Notes: a model not told the origin generated them from the sequence alone. A DNA stretch of 64,000 nt from Octopus bimaculoides (GCF_001194135.2 NC_068982.1:59663448-59727447), one strand, 5' to 3'; positions 45,908 through 60,370 are shown, numbered from the stretch's first letter. Translations and numbers: made by a program.

Positions 45908-46905
45908 CTACAAATTTATAATTGTAAGCTCAATAACCTCGCCACCAGTTCATAAACCTTCAGTGAAGAGATGATAAATTAAGTCAAACCCAATAGGATT
46001 TGAAATTAAAGTGTAAAGAGATGAATCTTCAACTAATAACGACAACAATTATTATGATTAATATAAAAATGTTAAAGACCCACCCACCATTGATTTCAAA
46101 TACGGGCATTCGGTTGTTTGGTCAATGTCCTAGACTCATTAAATTAATGTGTAAGTGGCTGCATATTCCACAAACACTTTCAGGCTGAAATGGTATGGCA
46201 TATGTGAGAAAGTCGGACCATTGAATTATGGGTATTCTCCATTCAACAAGCTTCCACACCGTTTCTGACCACCCAATTTCACTCACAAATGTTGGGTTGA
46301 CCTGAGATTACAGTAAAAGATACTTGATCAAGATATCACATTGTGAGATTGAACCTGAAGCATCATAACTGTCATGCTGGTCTTTGTACAAGCACAGAAT
46401 AGCATAAACAGTTGAGCACAAGGCAATACAATATTTAACTTTGCTCTTCGCTTATTCAGATTCCATGGAGATCATGTGTACTTCTTTTTACTCTGGAGTC
46501 TATATAAAATGTACCAGTAAGACATTGTATTTTATTAAAATCATCTACACACATTTTTGTATACATTTGTGGCCTTGTACCAGTAAAACATTATTATTAC
46601 TATTAAAAAGATTAGTTGTTTATAAATGAAAGCAAGCTAAATATTTACGTATATATTCTCTAAATATTTATGTCTTTGAAATGCATCAAGGAAATTCAGA
46701 AAAATATCTGGAAAATTTCTTTTCTTTTTCTTATTTTTTCTTTCTTTCTTGGTTAATTTTCTTCTTTTGACTTGTAGAATATGTTGGTGAAGTGATCAAA
46801 TAGGAATATATAGGTAGAATGTCAATTAAGTGCATCAAGACATGACATCTCATGGGGTTTGCACATATCATTTTAACCCAATCTTAGTTATCTGTTGGAT
46901 AGTTG

Positions 46906-47059
46906 TCACAGACTGATGCAACAGAATGCTAAGTTGCTAATAAAAGAATCCTCATCACAGACCATGAGACAGTCTGCAGGGGAATTAACGATAAGATCTC
47001 TCAGAGCAATTATCTGCACAATGCTTTCTACTCCCTCTTCGAAGCTTGACAAGTTTAAC
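46906..47059 (-). CDS. Candidate exon (possibly terminal; minus-strand model)
   Basis: Strong acceptor ccttttcatcttatttcag|. Reads LNLSSFEEGVESIVQIIALRDLIVNSPADCLMVCDEDSFISNLAFCCISL*. Phase-compatible with the donor at 48949. Confidence 0.35.
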
Positions 47060-48948
47060 CTGAAATAAGATGAAAAGGTGTGGTGGAAATTGGCTAAAAG
47101 CCAAAGCACTAACTTTAGTTAAAAGAAGAAGAAAGAAAAAAAAAGAGATAGAAAGACAGAAACAAAGAGATACTGAGTTTAAAAGACAGAGAGGAGCATA
47201 TACATAGAAAGCAAAAACCAAAAACCACATCGCGAGGTAGTAAGTAAAAGAGACAACTTGAAGATAACTTTACTACATAACGCTTTTACTGCAGCAGTGC
47301 AATGGAAAATTGGGCTGCTTTACTTTTAAGTAGAAATATCTAAATGAATGAGAAATTCATGAAGGAACCCATCACATTTTCTAGCCAGGCATTTCAGGGC
47401 ATGTAGGCATGGTGCCAATACCATCTTTAATAATATTAAAGCTTGTCTAATCCCAGAAAAAGCTACAGAATATTTTTGCATGCAACACTTTCTATTTAAT
47501 GTAATTGGTTCTGCTTTAACCACCGAATATTAATTTCCATTTCTACTTCTTAGAATTATATTATTTTGATTGGAGTCACAGCAGGAAAGAGCAAATGACA
47601 CTCAATATATTTTCAGGTAGACATTTTCCTTTTTTCTTTTTTTTTTTTAATTTATATATTCAATGTTGCTAACGGTAGTAAAGATTATGAAATAGCATCT
47701 ATTATGATAAAAGGATGACATCCTAAAAGGATACTATGAGTACTTAACTGAACTGAAGTATCTATAAGTAAGGTTTTATTTTTCACATGCAATTATTTAA
47801 AATTTTTATCATATGTCAAAAATGATTTGCAGTGTTGAGAATGTTTAGAATCTGCCAATATCACCTGAATACATTCCAAAGCTTGGTCATCATTGGTACT
47901 TGAAATAAACGTCTCTCTCTCTATCTCTCTCTCTCTCTCTCTCTANNNNNNNNNNNNNNNNNNNNNNNNNNNNNNNNNNNNNNNNNNNNNNNNNNNNNNN
48001 NNNNNNNNNNNNNNNNNNNNNNNNNNNNNNNNNNNNNNNNNNNNTGATTAACAATCCAGGAAAAAATACTTCATAAGCTCTCTGTTAGTACACTACACTA
48101 ACAATATTGTTAAGGTTAGTAAAGAACATTGTGTATTCATGTGATAGAATCCAATGTTATAATTCATCACCATTCTATACAGTAAATCCGTGGTTCTGCT
48201 CTAGTTATGTTCTTTTTACATTGAGTGATATACAAGACAAGGCATAAATAATGGTCATTACATATTTTTTCCTTTATTGCAGTGAATTTTACTTACAGCT
48301 GTTTCCAGTAGTCTTTATAGGTTTGTTCTTGATAGGTTTACTCCTCAGTCAGTCCACTGACTGGTTGCGAAAAATTGAACAACCTAAAAAAAATTAATGC
48401 TACTTCCATTAGTCATTTCTGGATTTATATATATATATAGTGTGTGTGTGTGTGCATTATCTTTGGTAACACAAAATCTGGTAAGTTATCTTTAGTATTT
48501 ACTTCATTTTAAAAAATATATTGAAGCTACTTGCAACAGACAATTTAACCCCATAATTACTACTAATAAGAACCGATGTTACTACTGTTTTTAACTACAG
48601 GAGGGTTTTTTCTTTTGTAGGGCATAAGACATGCATATTGTATTGAAGATACACAGGAATGGTTGCTAGTTATTGTCTTCAGTCAATTTTCGGTGTACAG
48701 TTGGTTTCAGCACTGAATGCAAACAAAAGAGTACAATCATACAAAACTCATAACATACCATAACTGTTGTTTAGTTCTAAGTCAGCCTTGGTCAATCAGA
48801 CTTGGGATCAAAAACACCTGGATATGACCGTGCTATTCTTCCAAGTAGTGTCTCTAAGATTACGCTATCCTTCTTGCAGATTTGATAGCTCATTCACCCA
48901 TTTTTATGTTGAATACAATGACAAACTGTGCAACTCCAAGGTACTTAC

Positions 48949-48966
48949 CTAGGTACCTGACTTGAA
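48949..48966 (-). CDS. Candidate microexon, or 3' end of a longer exon
   Basis: Perfect donor AG|gtaagta; nearest acceptor actaattcttctcag|. Gives SSQVPR joined to LNLSSF... A longer upstream start is also open. Confidence 0.28.
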   Translation of the reverse strand, partial: FKSGT

Positions 48967-50345
48967 CTGAGAAGAATTAGTATCTTTACTTGAAAGACAT
49001 TGTAATATCCTGCATATAATGTTTGTAAAGCAAATTTTAGAGGTAATATTTGATTTCGGAATACCGATGAACTTTTATGTAAATGTATCAACTTAAAGGA
49101 CAAACATATTACAATGGATATTACAATGGATATTACAATGGATAATACCAAGTGGACTTCCCCTTTTTCTCTCTCCTGTTTCTCTCTCTTTTTCTTTTTT
49201 CTTGGTAATTTCTTCTTTGTGATATAATCTTGGGAAAGAATATATTTGCGGCTGAAGATAGCTTTATACCATCCTGTCTATCAATTATATACCCATATAA
49301 TGATGCAACGATGGTTTGCGTATAAAGCTTGAAACACGTGTACCACAGAATCCTTTGTGTTCTGTTTTAATTTTGCATTTTTAATTTATAATATTTGTAA
49401 TGTAGTAAATACTTTCAAATTTTTAACTGTTAGGTCAGAACCCTGTTAAATCTGGGGGCTGCAACTACTCTTTCTAGCATCAACATTCTTAATTTCAAGC
49501 AGGTTATCTGTTCATTGTGTTTGCTTTACTCCATTGCTTTCTTTATAAATATTCATGGTATTGTATCTATGCCCACCTATCAATATAATTGCAATTTGTA
49601 TACCATATACTGCAATGTGGGAAATATATCATATAAAGTGTGCATTTGTATAACACCATGTCTGCAGCTTGTCATTGGTAAACAAAAGATAAATTTGTTT
49701 TATTTTAAAATGGATAAAAAAAAATCCCTTTTCCTCTAAAGAGTTTATTAATCTCCTATTAAAAAAAAAGAGTAAACTTTATAATGGCTAGTATAACCTT
49801 TAAATGTCAATACATTTTAACATGCAGCTGCATGCAAATGCATATGAAGACAAATAGTCAAGTATTTGAATTCACAGAGTAGCAGATGGGACAATCCTAT
49901 TTGGATAGCAAGCATGTTTGTGTAGTTTTAACCTATATTTAAAACACTGAGTACAAATTCCATCAGAAACATATGCTATACAAGGTAAAACCAGAAAGAT
50001 TATCTGGATATATGACTGCATATATATATATTTTTTCGTTTTCTTTTACTTGTGTCAGTCATTTGACTGTGACCATGATGGAGCACCACCTTTTGTCGAA
50101 CAAATCAACCCCAGGACTTATTTGTATATATATATATTGTATATATATATATATATATATATNNNNNNNNNNNNNNNNNNNNNNNNNNNNNNNNNNNNNN
50201 NNNNNNNNNNNNNNNNNNNNNNNNNNNNNNNNNNNNNNNNNNNNNNNNNNNNNNNNNNNNNNNNNNNNNNNNNNNNNNNNNNNNNNNNNNNNNNNNNNNN
50301 NNNNNNNNNNNNNNNNNNNNNNNNNNNNNNNNNNNNNNNNNNNNN

Positions 50346-50384
<39 letters not shown>

Positions 50385-50406
50385 AATCCTGTCCAATATT
50401 TGTTAG

Positions 50407-50555
50407 GGCAGTGAGCTGGGAGAATCATTAGCATGTCAGGGAAAATACGTAGTGGCACTTAATCTGCCTTCACGTTCTGAGTTCAAATTCTGCCAAGGAC
50501 AACTTTGCTTTCATCCCTTCAGTGTCAATAAAATAAGTATCAGATGAGTGCTTGT
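50407..50555 (+). mobile_element. SINE family B (decayed, CpG-depleted)
   Basis: ggcagtgagctgggagaatcattagcatg...ttctgagttcaaattctgccaagg...aataaaataagtatcag. Confidence 0.75.
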
Positions 50556-52562
50556 GTCAAAATCTGAGACCAATATTAGTGACATAAATCTTCTGGCACT
50601 TCCATTCATTTGTTTGTAATGACCAATTAATTAACATGTAAAGGGTTTTTATAAGGAGAAAGCACAAGCATGGATTATCTTCAGTTCAGGAATTTGGTCT
50701 GAATGTTTGTATCAGAGTTTTTTTTGTTTTATTTTATTGGTTTGGTATAGAGGGAAAAGCTATTCCCATGACTGGTGAATCTTGGAACCCCAAAACTGGT
50801 GAGATTGATGCCAATAATGTTCTGTTTCAACAGTTGCAGGCTTGAACTCTTGGTAATTACAAGAAAAATATGTTCCAGAGAGAGAGAGAGGATTCTTGAG
50901 AAATGACAGTCTGGGTGGAAGGACTGAGTATAGTGTTTAGTACACTATCTGGAGTGGTGGACATGATATAATGGATGAGAAGAGAAAAGGTGAGCTGGGA
51001 GTGCCTGAGTAGAAACTAGCCTTTTGCCAGAAATGGCAACTGTGGTGGAAGTTAAATCACGACCAAGTAAGACTGCTTCCCAAAGTCAGTAAGTCCATGT
51101 AAATATTCCAAAAGTACAAGAAGTTCCTGTGTATGAATTTGCTTTGAGTGGATATAGTATCGTATAGTACTGAATCCACTTTTCAGTGCAATTGGCTATA
51201 AAATCAGTGGTGGCTCAACAGAGGTTGAAATGACCAACAACCAACTGCGCTTCAGGTTTTTTCACATGAGTATACTTTCCCCTCAAAGGAAGTTATAACG
51301 AGAGCTAGGAGTCTTTCATTCCAAGCAGTTTGCATGCTTGTTAACCCATTACTGAGACCCTAGCAAGTGCTACTACTCCAGGTCAGAATAGACCCGAGAA
51401 CAATAATGGCTAAGAGGTGGTTTCTCATTTATCAAAACCCTAGAAGTTCCATACCAGGGCCCCAGTACCAAAGCAGTTTAAAGTCATACCTAGGACACAT
51501 AAGTGGCAACTGTAGCAGTGGTAAAAAACAGAGGGAGAAAGAAAAAGAGGATGACAGCACATTTACAGGGCAGGGTTTAGAGCAAGTTGGGGAATAACTT
51601 CAAGGCAATCCAATGAGTGGCCTTTCTTTGGATAAAGTCTTGAATGTTTTGATGTTGAGTAATAAAACTGTTCCAAGTGTGGAAGCAGTTCTCCATTGTA
51701 TGTCTTACTTGCACTTTGTGCAGGGTTTTAAGCTAAGTGATTAGGTCAAGGTGAAATAATGTTTATACTGAAGGAAAAGTTCATCTCTGAGATGCAGTTT
51801 TTGCTTGGAAGACTTAGTTTACTATTCTTCAACAGCTACAGTACAATTGATGGCCTTTCATATAGTGTCTCATTAATCTCACCTATAAGGCCCAACTTGA
51901 TCCAAAGGCTATGGTAGTTAGAAGCCAATTACCCAGGGTGTGAAACCATGGAACTGAACTCAGAACCATCTAATTGCAAAGCAAACTTCCTAAGTATGCA
52001 CCTAAAACTACTGTGTTGCTACTTTTGATTTATTTATACATAATTTTCTTCTAATTTAAATGTCTTAGTCCTTTCCTTGTTAATTTTAATGGGTCTTATT
52101 CACAATTATTTATCCAAATAATTGTTTCTCTTTTTACTTTGTTTCTTTGTTTTTATCTGTACATATCTAATTATATCAATTAATATAAACATTATTTCAA
52201 CTTCCATTAAAATTGGTTTCCATATTTATGTAAACATTATTTCATATTATTCCAATTACATTATCAACGAACCTACATTGTTATGACATATTATATAATT
52301 ACCACAACAAGTCAGATGAAATTAAATATTTACTGAAAATAAATGTGAATAATAATATTTATATTTACAAGAAGTACAAAATAATTAAAATAAATCACAA
52401 AATCGCTTAAACAAATGACTACACCTGCTTCACTAGTCTGTGGACTACATATGCTTTTGTGTGTGTATGAGTGTACATTGTGTATATATATATATATAAA
52501 TTTATAGATATATATATATATAGTTGTTGACTCAAGCATCTGTTACTTAATGATTCGTGGAT

Positions 52563-52615
52563 ATGAAAATACATGTCTCTCAGATGTCTGCCATCTGAGA
52601 GACATGTATTTTCAT
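52563..52615. repeat. Perfect 24-bp stem / 5-nt loop hairpin
   Basis: atgaaaatacatgtctctcagatg-tctgc-catctgagagacatgtattttcat; imperfect extension to 52543-52635. Confidence 0.92.
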
Positions 52616-53674
52616 GTCTTTGAATTTCCAAGTAATTAAGTCAACAACTGTTCAGCCTCTTGCACACGTGCACACACACATGCAGTTTTTTTTATAACAT
52701 TTACATATATAAAATATTGTAAGTAAATTAAAACTACAAACAGTATTTATAAATAAAAATATACTTGCTTGTAAACACTTTACCAGGAAATACGTTGACT
52801 TTTTAAAAATTTGAACAGAAAAATTACAGTGAACAATTCTTTACAAATATACATACATACATACATACATGTATATATATATATAAGATTTTAATCTAAT
52901 TTTGTCACCACCCATCATTTTCTTCTGCTTGCTCAAAATCCACCAACTTTTTAACTTTTAAGATTCATCTATTTCTCTTGGCTACTATAATCCAATTTTT
53001 TTCCCAAATAGTGATTTTGTTTGGATATTATCAACCATTCTTAACACTCATCTTTCTTGCATGGACATTTACAATAAAATCTACTTGCTAATCTGGTTGT
53101 AATCCGCACTTCTTCATTTCTCTGTGAACCCTACTTTCACTCTCTCTCTCCCTCTCTTCATCCACTCTTCATCCACTCTTCCTCTCTTTCTTTCTTTTTT
53201 TCTCTCTCTGCTACACCAAACCACTAAATTCTCTTTTACAAACTCCCACCCTATATGAAGAATATCTATCTCACTTATCCTAGCTCCCAGTGCATTGTCC
53301 TAGTTTGACTTTATTCTTCTAAATTTTCTCTTGATCAATGTAAAACAGGTTTATTGTCCACTGAGGTTGGCTTTTCATTTGATCCTTTCAAGGTCAATAA
53401 TATAAGCATCAGCTGAGCACTGGGGTCAATGTAATCAGCCTAACCTTCCCTCGAACTTTCTTGCTTTGCACCAAAATTAGAAGCCAGTTTTGCTGTAAAG
53501 ATTAATTTCTCATTCTGCATCATGGTCTGGTTTTAAAATGACATCTGGAGGTTATGCATACAGAGTGATTCACAAATTCCCAGCAGTCATAATTTAGCTG
53601 AAGTTGAAGGCATAGTGATTAAGGTATTTGGCTTGCAACCACAAGGTTGTGAGTTCGATTCCCAGTGGCACATA

Positions 53675-53840
53675 TATAAAACGAGCTTCTTTCAGTTTTC
53701 ACCTACCAAATTTACTCACAAGGCTTTGATCAACCTGGGGTTTTAGTAAAAGACACTTACTCAAGGTGCTATGCAGTGAGACTGAACCCAGAACCATAAG
53801 GTAGAGAAGCAAGCTTCTTACCACACAGCCATGCCTGCAT
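53675..53840 (-). mobile_element. SINE family A, 5' half
   Basis: gagcttctttcagttttcacctaccaaatttactcacaaggc...ttaccacacagccatgcctgca. Confidence 0.8.
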
Positions 53841-54670
53841 TGAAAGAAAAATGTAAAAATAGATAAGAGGAAGAGGGGAGAAGGAAAAGAAATAAAGATA
53901 TAATAAACTGGAAATGTGAAAGGGTGTACAAAATACAGTAGTCAAATTCTTGAGAAAGAGACCAGAGAAGACAAAACAGTTTAATAGATTTTAGTCTCTT
54001 AGTGAGACCTTTTAAACAATACTTAATTACTAGGTAACCTTTGACAAAATACTTGTTAGGCAGGAGAACTCCAAATATGCATAGGATAGGAAAGGATATT
54101 TATAGAACTTCTAAAAGCGATCGAAGATTGTCATCACCATCAACTACTCCTTCTCCTCCTACAACTACTACTTCTCTTTCTCCTCCATCATATATACACT
54201 GTTATTTACAATTAAATCTCTTTTTCTCTGTGCATATATACACACACGCACATACACATATACAGACATATACACACATATAAAATTGTAATCTATTCAG
54301 CCTGTAGGTAAGATAAATTTGTTTTGGTGATAACATGTAGAAATTGGCTTACTTCTCAAAATCAACAAATTAATGAGACAAAATGAAGAATTTTATCACT
54401 GGTGCTGAAGTAGCGTTATCCAGTTCTTCCAGAGAATGGCTTGGCAAATACTACTAAGGAAATTAATATTTTGCATTAGTTTCTGCACATTTTGAGAGAG
54501 GAAGGTAATATTTCTTTTATCCAAGTACCTTAAGAAACATGTGGGCTATGTATATCTACTCATGGCATGTGCCACTAAACCTAAGTAACATTGTTTATTT
54601 GTGATATAATGGTTAATCCTTGCTAAATTCATTAATGATAAAGAGAATGACAGCATAACTTATTAATATA

Positions 54671-54832
54671 CTCCTGGAGTGGTTGGCGTTAAGAAGGGCA
54701 TCCAGCTGTAGAAACTCTGCAAAATCAGATTGGAGACTGGTGTAGCCATCTGGTTCATCAGTCCTCAGTCAAATCGTCTAACCCATGCCAGCATGGAAAG
54801 CGGACATTAAATGACGATAATGATGATGATGA
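54671..54832 (+). mobile_element. Family E retro-repeat (5'-truncated)
   Basis: ggagtggttggcgttaagaagggcatccagctgtag...gcggacattaaatgacgataatgatgat. Confidence 0.88.
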
Positions 54833-55916
54833 CCAGTCTTCCATTTAGCTTCCTATAAGAGCAACAGTTACCAGTGTATGCTATCTAAAAAAATAATAAA
54901 AAATTGACTTCCTTGTTACTGGTAATAAATGCATTTCTTTGAGCTGAAATTTTTGACCATTTTCTTTCTTAAGTCTATTTAATGAAAGACCATTTATACA
55001 AGCGAAAATTAACAGGCCTTTTTCTTCAAAGGTAAGGTCGCTGAGGTTAAATTTCCTCCAGCGAGATATCATCCCAGTAGCTGATGAATGTAAGTCACAG
55101 CTGCATCAGATAGTTTGTCACTAAACTCTGCAATCAAAAAGACAGCTCTAATCTCAAAAATATTAATGAGGGTAAAATTCTTGCCAAACTTTAATATATT
55201 AAAAAGCAAAAACTCAGAAATGGAGGAGTGGTAAAATTTTACAGTATATTTGCCATTATATATATCATTTATTAATGATATTTACTTATTGGACTGTGGC
55301 CATGCTGGGGCCTCAAGCTTGACTAATTTTTATAATAATTGTATCTAAGATATATTCACACCTAGTTTGCTCTCTGCTGGAGTTAAAGAGCATACATTTG
55401 TGGGTCAGCTAGAAAGTTACCCCTGTGGTCTTTAAATTTGAGATTGGTTTTGTAGAATATTAATGAGTTTCATTGATTACAAATTTTACGTTTAATTAAT
55501 CTTTATCAGTTGTATATTTGTTTTACTGTATGTTTTTTTGTAATGAAAGTAGCTTTTTAAAAATTTTAATTCTTTAATTCTTTGAGTAAACAAATGCAAT
55601 TATGAGAAAAGAATGAAGTTAGGAAGCCAAAGTAAATTCATATATTCAGGTATAAACCTAAAAGTAGATGCATATTGAACACAGATTCTTTTAGATTTGA
55701 AACATCAACTCTCACAACAAATTCAGACACTAAAAGGTGAAGGCACCATTAATTTGAAAATATTGAAGTCAGCGACAAAATTTGCAAAAATTATGAAGGA
55801 AATGAATTCTGCTCCTTAAAGACCTGTGAAAAATTTTACCTTTACATTTCTGTCAACTTGTTGAATTTAAGAAATAAAAGATAAACTGATTATGAAATAC
55901 TGTTACCAAAGAAGTC

Positions 55917-55951
<35 letters not shown>

Positions 55952-56479
55952 GACAAATAAGCTGACAGACAAATTGATAGATAGATTAAAGAGGATCAAT
56001 TAAGATTAGAGTATATCAAAATGAAGCGCATTGATATTTGCTCTTATGCAACATGGTGCAGCATGATGATTTGAGAGATTTCTATTGTGTCTTGCAATAT
56101 CATATTAATGTTGTATGTTATAACATAGCTGCCTGTACAATGTTACAATGCACTAAAATCTCTTAATGAAACAATTGTCATGACAATGTATAAGCTCTTC
56201 ATTTGTATCTATTGTTATGTGTGTGTGTGTGTGTATGCACACTCATAAATACATACATATTTAGAGACTATATATTTAATATGTGTGTTTGTATATGTGT
56301 TTGTATATGTGTACATGCTTACACATATACACACAGACACAAAAACTATCAAAAACAAAATAAAACAGATCTGCCATCTTTAAAACTGTGACAAAACATC
56401 AATATATTTTATTGAAATGTTATCCCTAATTTCCAGAAAACATTGTGAGGAAATTCTCCGATCACATCATGTTTTTAGT

Positions 56480-57055
56480 ATAAATAGTGAGAAGTTAGAG
56501 GAAAACAAGAGATAGACGAAGAAAAAGAATGTAAAGGAAATATATAGGAGTGATGAAGACAAGGAATAAATAAAAAAAATTAGAGAAGAAATTGCTTTAA
56601 GAGAGAGTAAAAAGAGAAAAATTGAGAGAGATTGAAGAAAAAAAAGGGAGTGAAAGAAGTTGTGAAGAAGTCGCAGAAGAGAGACTGAGATTAGAGGAGA
56701 AAGAAAGGAAGATCAAAGTAGTGAGAAAGAGAGAATAAGATCAAATTTGAAAGAGGGTCAGATCAAAGTAGGAAAAGCGAGAGATATAGATAGAAGGAAT
56801 ATGGTGAAAGAAGTTAGAGAAAGAAAAACTAGAGAAGGATATAGTTAGAAAGATAGAGAAAAAATCTGAGGTTGTGAAAGATGAGATAGAGTGAGAAAAG
56901 AAGGACAGATAAAGAAAATCAGATCAAATTAGAGAGAAATATAGAAATTGATAGTGAGATATATACAAATGTAGATATTGATAGTGAGATATATGCATAC
57001 ATAGAAATAGATAGTGAGGTATATACACGCATATAGAAACAGATAGTGAGATATG

Positions 57056-57094
<39 letters not shown>

Positions 57095-57095
57095 G
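56480..57095. repeat. Purine-rich low-complexity tract, then a ~30-bp tandem (gatagtgagatat x4) and (TA)n
   Basis: Direct inspection. Confidence 0.8.
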
Positions 57096-57492
57096 GAGAG
57101 AGACAAAATATATTAGGAAAAAGAGGAAAAATGAGAGGAGGCACTTGTAATTCAAAATCAATTCGTTGAATTGGTTTCTCAAAAGAAAACATTTAGTGAA
57201 GAACATTAGATTTTTTTTTTTTTTTTCAACATTAGCAAAGCAATGTATAATTTCGTTGAATCGGAAGGAGTTTTCATTTATCAATAGCAAGAATCAAATT
57301 ATATCCCCAACTTTGAGAAATTCATTGAACATAAGGAGCAAACATGTAATTTAGCTTTGAAGATATTTTATCTGACAATGGAGCAAGCGTATTTCTACAA
57401 ATCACTGGCAGACTGGCTGAACAGAACTTTTACGACAACTTGCTCAATTTAATAACATGGCGTCAAACACACACTGATGTTGTTGTTGATGT

Positions 57493-57529
<37 letters not shown>

Positions 57530-57700
57530 TCCCACCACCCCACCTTTTTTCTTCATCATCGTCATCATCATTGGCATTGTCATCATCATCATCTTTATCG
57601 TTGTCACTATCATCATCATCATCAACTTCTTCTTTGTCAGCTTCTTCATCTTCTCCTCTTCATACACTGTTACTTACAATGGTCCCTCTCTCACTATACT

Positions 57701-57735
<35 letters not shown>

Positions 57736-57765
57736 ATCTCTCTCTCTCTCTCTCTGTATATATTT

Positions 57766-57797
<32 letters not shown>

Positions 57798-57922
57798 TGC
57801 ATGAATGTGTATATGTGCATAGAGGTATCTATGTATGTATCTATCTTTCTTTATAGATATGTTCCATGAATATATATATATATATGTACATAGAGGTATC
57901 TATCTATATATCTATCTATCTA

Positions 57923-57970
<48 letters not shown>

Positions 57971-59713
57971 AGAAAGAACAATGATAATTAAATGACTTAT
58001 AGAAGAAGGACCCAGCTGAAGAATTATACCAGATCAATAGGTTTGGGTTGGAGAATGAGATATCACATACATGTATATATATGTATGTGTGNNNNNNNNN
58101 NNNNNNNNNNNNNNNNNNNNNNNNNNNNNNNNNNNNNNNNNNNNNNNNNNNNNNNNNNNNNNNNNNNNNNNNNNNNNNNNNNNNNNNNNNNNNNNNNNNN
58201 NNNNNNNNNNNNNNNNNNNNNNNNNNNNNNNNNNNNNNNNNNNNNNNNNNNNNNNNNNNNNNNNNNNNNNNNNNNNNNNNNNNNNNNNNNNNNNNNNNNN
58301 NNNNNNNNNNNNNNNNNNNNNNNNNNNNNNNNNNNNNNNNNNNNNNNNNNNNNNNNNNNNNNNNNNNNNNNNNNNNNNNNNNNNNNNNNNNNNNNNNNNN
58401 NNNNNNNNNNNNNNNNNNNNNNNNNNNNNNNNNNATATATATACACACACACACACATGCATACATACACATGCAAGTATACATTTATATATATGTATGT
58501 ATATGCATATGTTGTGTGTGTATAAACACCCATGCCAATATGAAAATACCCTTCCTCTTTTGAACACCATACATAGCTGGCTAGCATCATGTCCAGCAGT
58601 GGTAGCAACAGCACTGCCAGAAATGGGTCAGGCAGAGATAACAGCATCACCAGTAACAGCAACAACAATAACTGTAACACAAACCAGCACAAGGGCATAA
58701 ATACAGAAATTTGTTATATCTACAGGTGGCCCATTCAAACTTCGTCTTAGCAATCAGAGGTCCTCCTTAAATATACCAGAGAGAACAGCATCATGCACCT
58801 GACCAGCTACATATGTCATTTAAAATTGGATGGTACACCATACATAATTAAATGGTGACTCCTAGAGCAACTGGGGTAGTACCTCAATTGGAACAAATGA
58901 TGTAAGGTTTGCTTGGCCCAAAGAGAAAAAATCTTGACAAACACAATTGACCAGGGACCTTTTTAAACTCCAAAAAAGAAGTTTTAGTCAGTTCCCTCAT
59001 CAGAGGAAATTCGTGTTGGAAATGTAGAGTTCCCCATTTGCTGACTGAGTAAATGGTGCCCCCTTCAGAAATCTTCAGCAAGAGTGTCATAGACATAACT
59101 GGAACTGGTGTAAGGGAATAACTCTACCCCACCCAAGTTTGCCAGTAGAGAGATTCATTCTAAAAATTTTTTTGCTTAGAAACTTAACTGACCATGACGT
59201 TTTCCTCCCTCCAGTTTTAGAGAGATTATGTGCCTCCAGCCATTTGAGTCTGACGAGTCACCTATACAGATAAGCACTTTATAGGTACATAACAAACAAC
59301 CTTCTAAGTATATATACATACATATATATATATATATGGTAAATGAAAGACAGAAGATGGAATATACGAGAATTTTTATTATTAACCATGACAATTGTTT
59401 CGACAAATCTAGCATTGATCCTTCATGGGTGGGACACTTAACAACTGGTTCAGGAGCATCCAGCAGGGCAGATGTGTCTCATCAGATGATAAATAGATAC
59501 AACACATTAAAATAACAGTTCTGCAATTTATCTTCTCATTTCATAGAAAGAAAAGCAGCAAAACAAAGGATATATCTTCATTTATATAGAAGATCAAAAA
59601 TAAAATCACAGATGCAAAAAAGAAACAGACATGCAATGCAGCAAGAAAATGTATTAAAAATAACTGTTAATAAATATGGATGTATAAACACCCCCATGCA
59701 AACTGCATGGCAC

Positions 59714-59748
<35 letters not shown>

Positions 59749-59986
59749 CACCCCTTCTTCTTAACTCTCCTGCGTGACCCCTCTGTCCAGCATTCGCCAT
59801 GATAGATTGCTAACCAATACACACATTTTTTTTCTCTCCTTGTTTCTTTCTGTGTTCCTTTCTGTGGAAGAGCGTAGGCTCGAAACTTTAAAGACTTTTT
59901 CAATTCCTGAGTGTTATATTAATACATCTATTTGTTTTCTACACCACCTGTCTGTGTCTGTTGTTTTTTTTTGTGAATTCTCCCTG

Positions 59987-60081
<95 letters not shown>

Positions 60082-60082
60082 G
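59987..60082. repeat. (TA)n microsatellite
   Basis: Direct inspection. Confidence 0.95.
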
Positions 60083-60370
60083 CACACATATGTATATAAT
60101 ATATCAGAATTCAAGTGAATCAGGCACTTAAATAGTAAGGCACTAGGTCGGGATAAAAAGTGGAATGTGTACACAACAAAAATAGTGAAATACATATGTG
60201 GGTACCAAAGTACAGGCAGAAAGATAATCAGGTTATGTCTATGATTAACTGTACCCGACTGAGTATATCAATAGCCCTGAGGTCAATCAAGAAACACACA
60301 TTGTACTAAATGTATGGCCCAGGATATATTTTGGATCTATGCAAGGAACAGGTTCCAAGAAAGGTGAAGA

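Noticed and set aside
49107-49142. 12-bp unit x3 (atattacaatgg)
   Set aside because: Ordinary slippage repeat; no further structure.
17361-58700. Long ORFs containing X-runs (17.4k, 26.0-27.0k, 50.0-50.4k, 57.9-58.7k)
   Set aside because: They are open only because they cross assembly N-gaps.
58588-58700. Ser/Thr/Asn-rich ORF
   Set aside because: Degenerate (CAG/CAA/AGC) low-complexity sequence.
58884-59096. 70-aa minus-strand ORF
   Set aside because: No recognisable domain or convincing splice pair.
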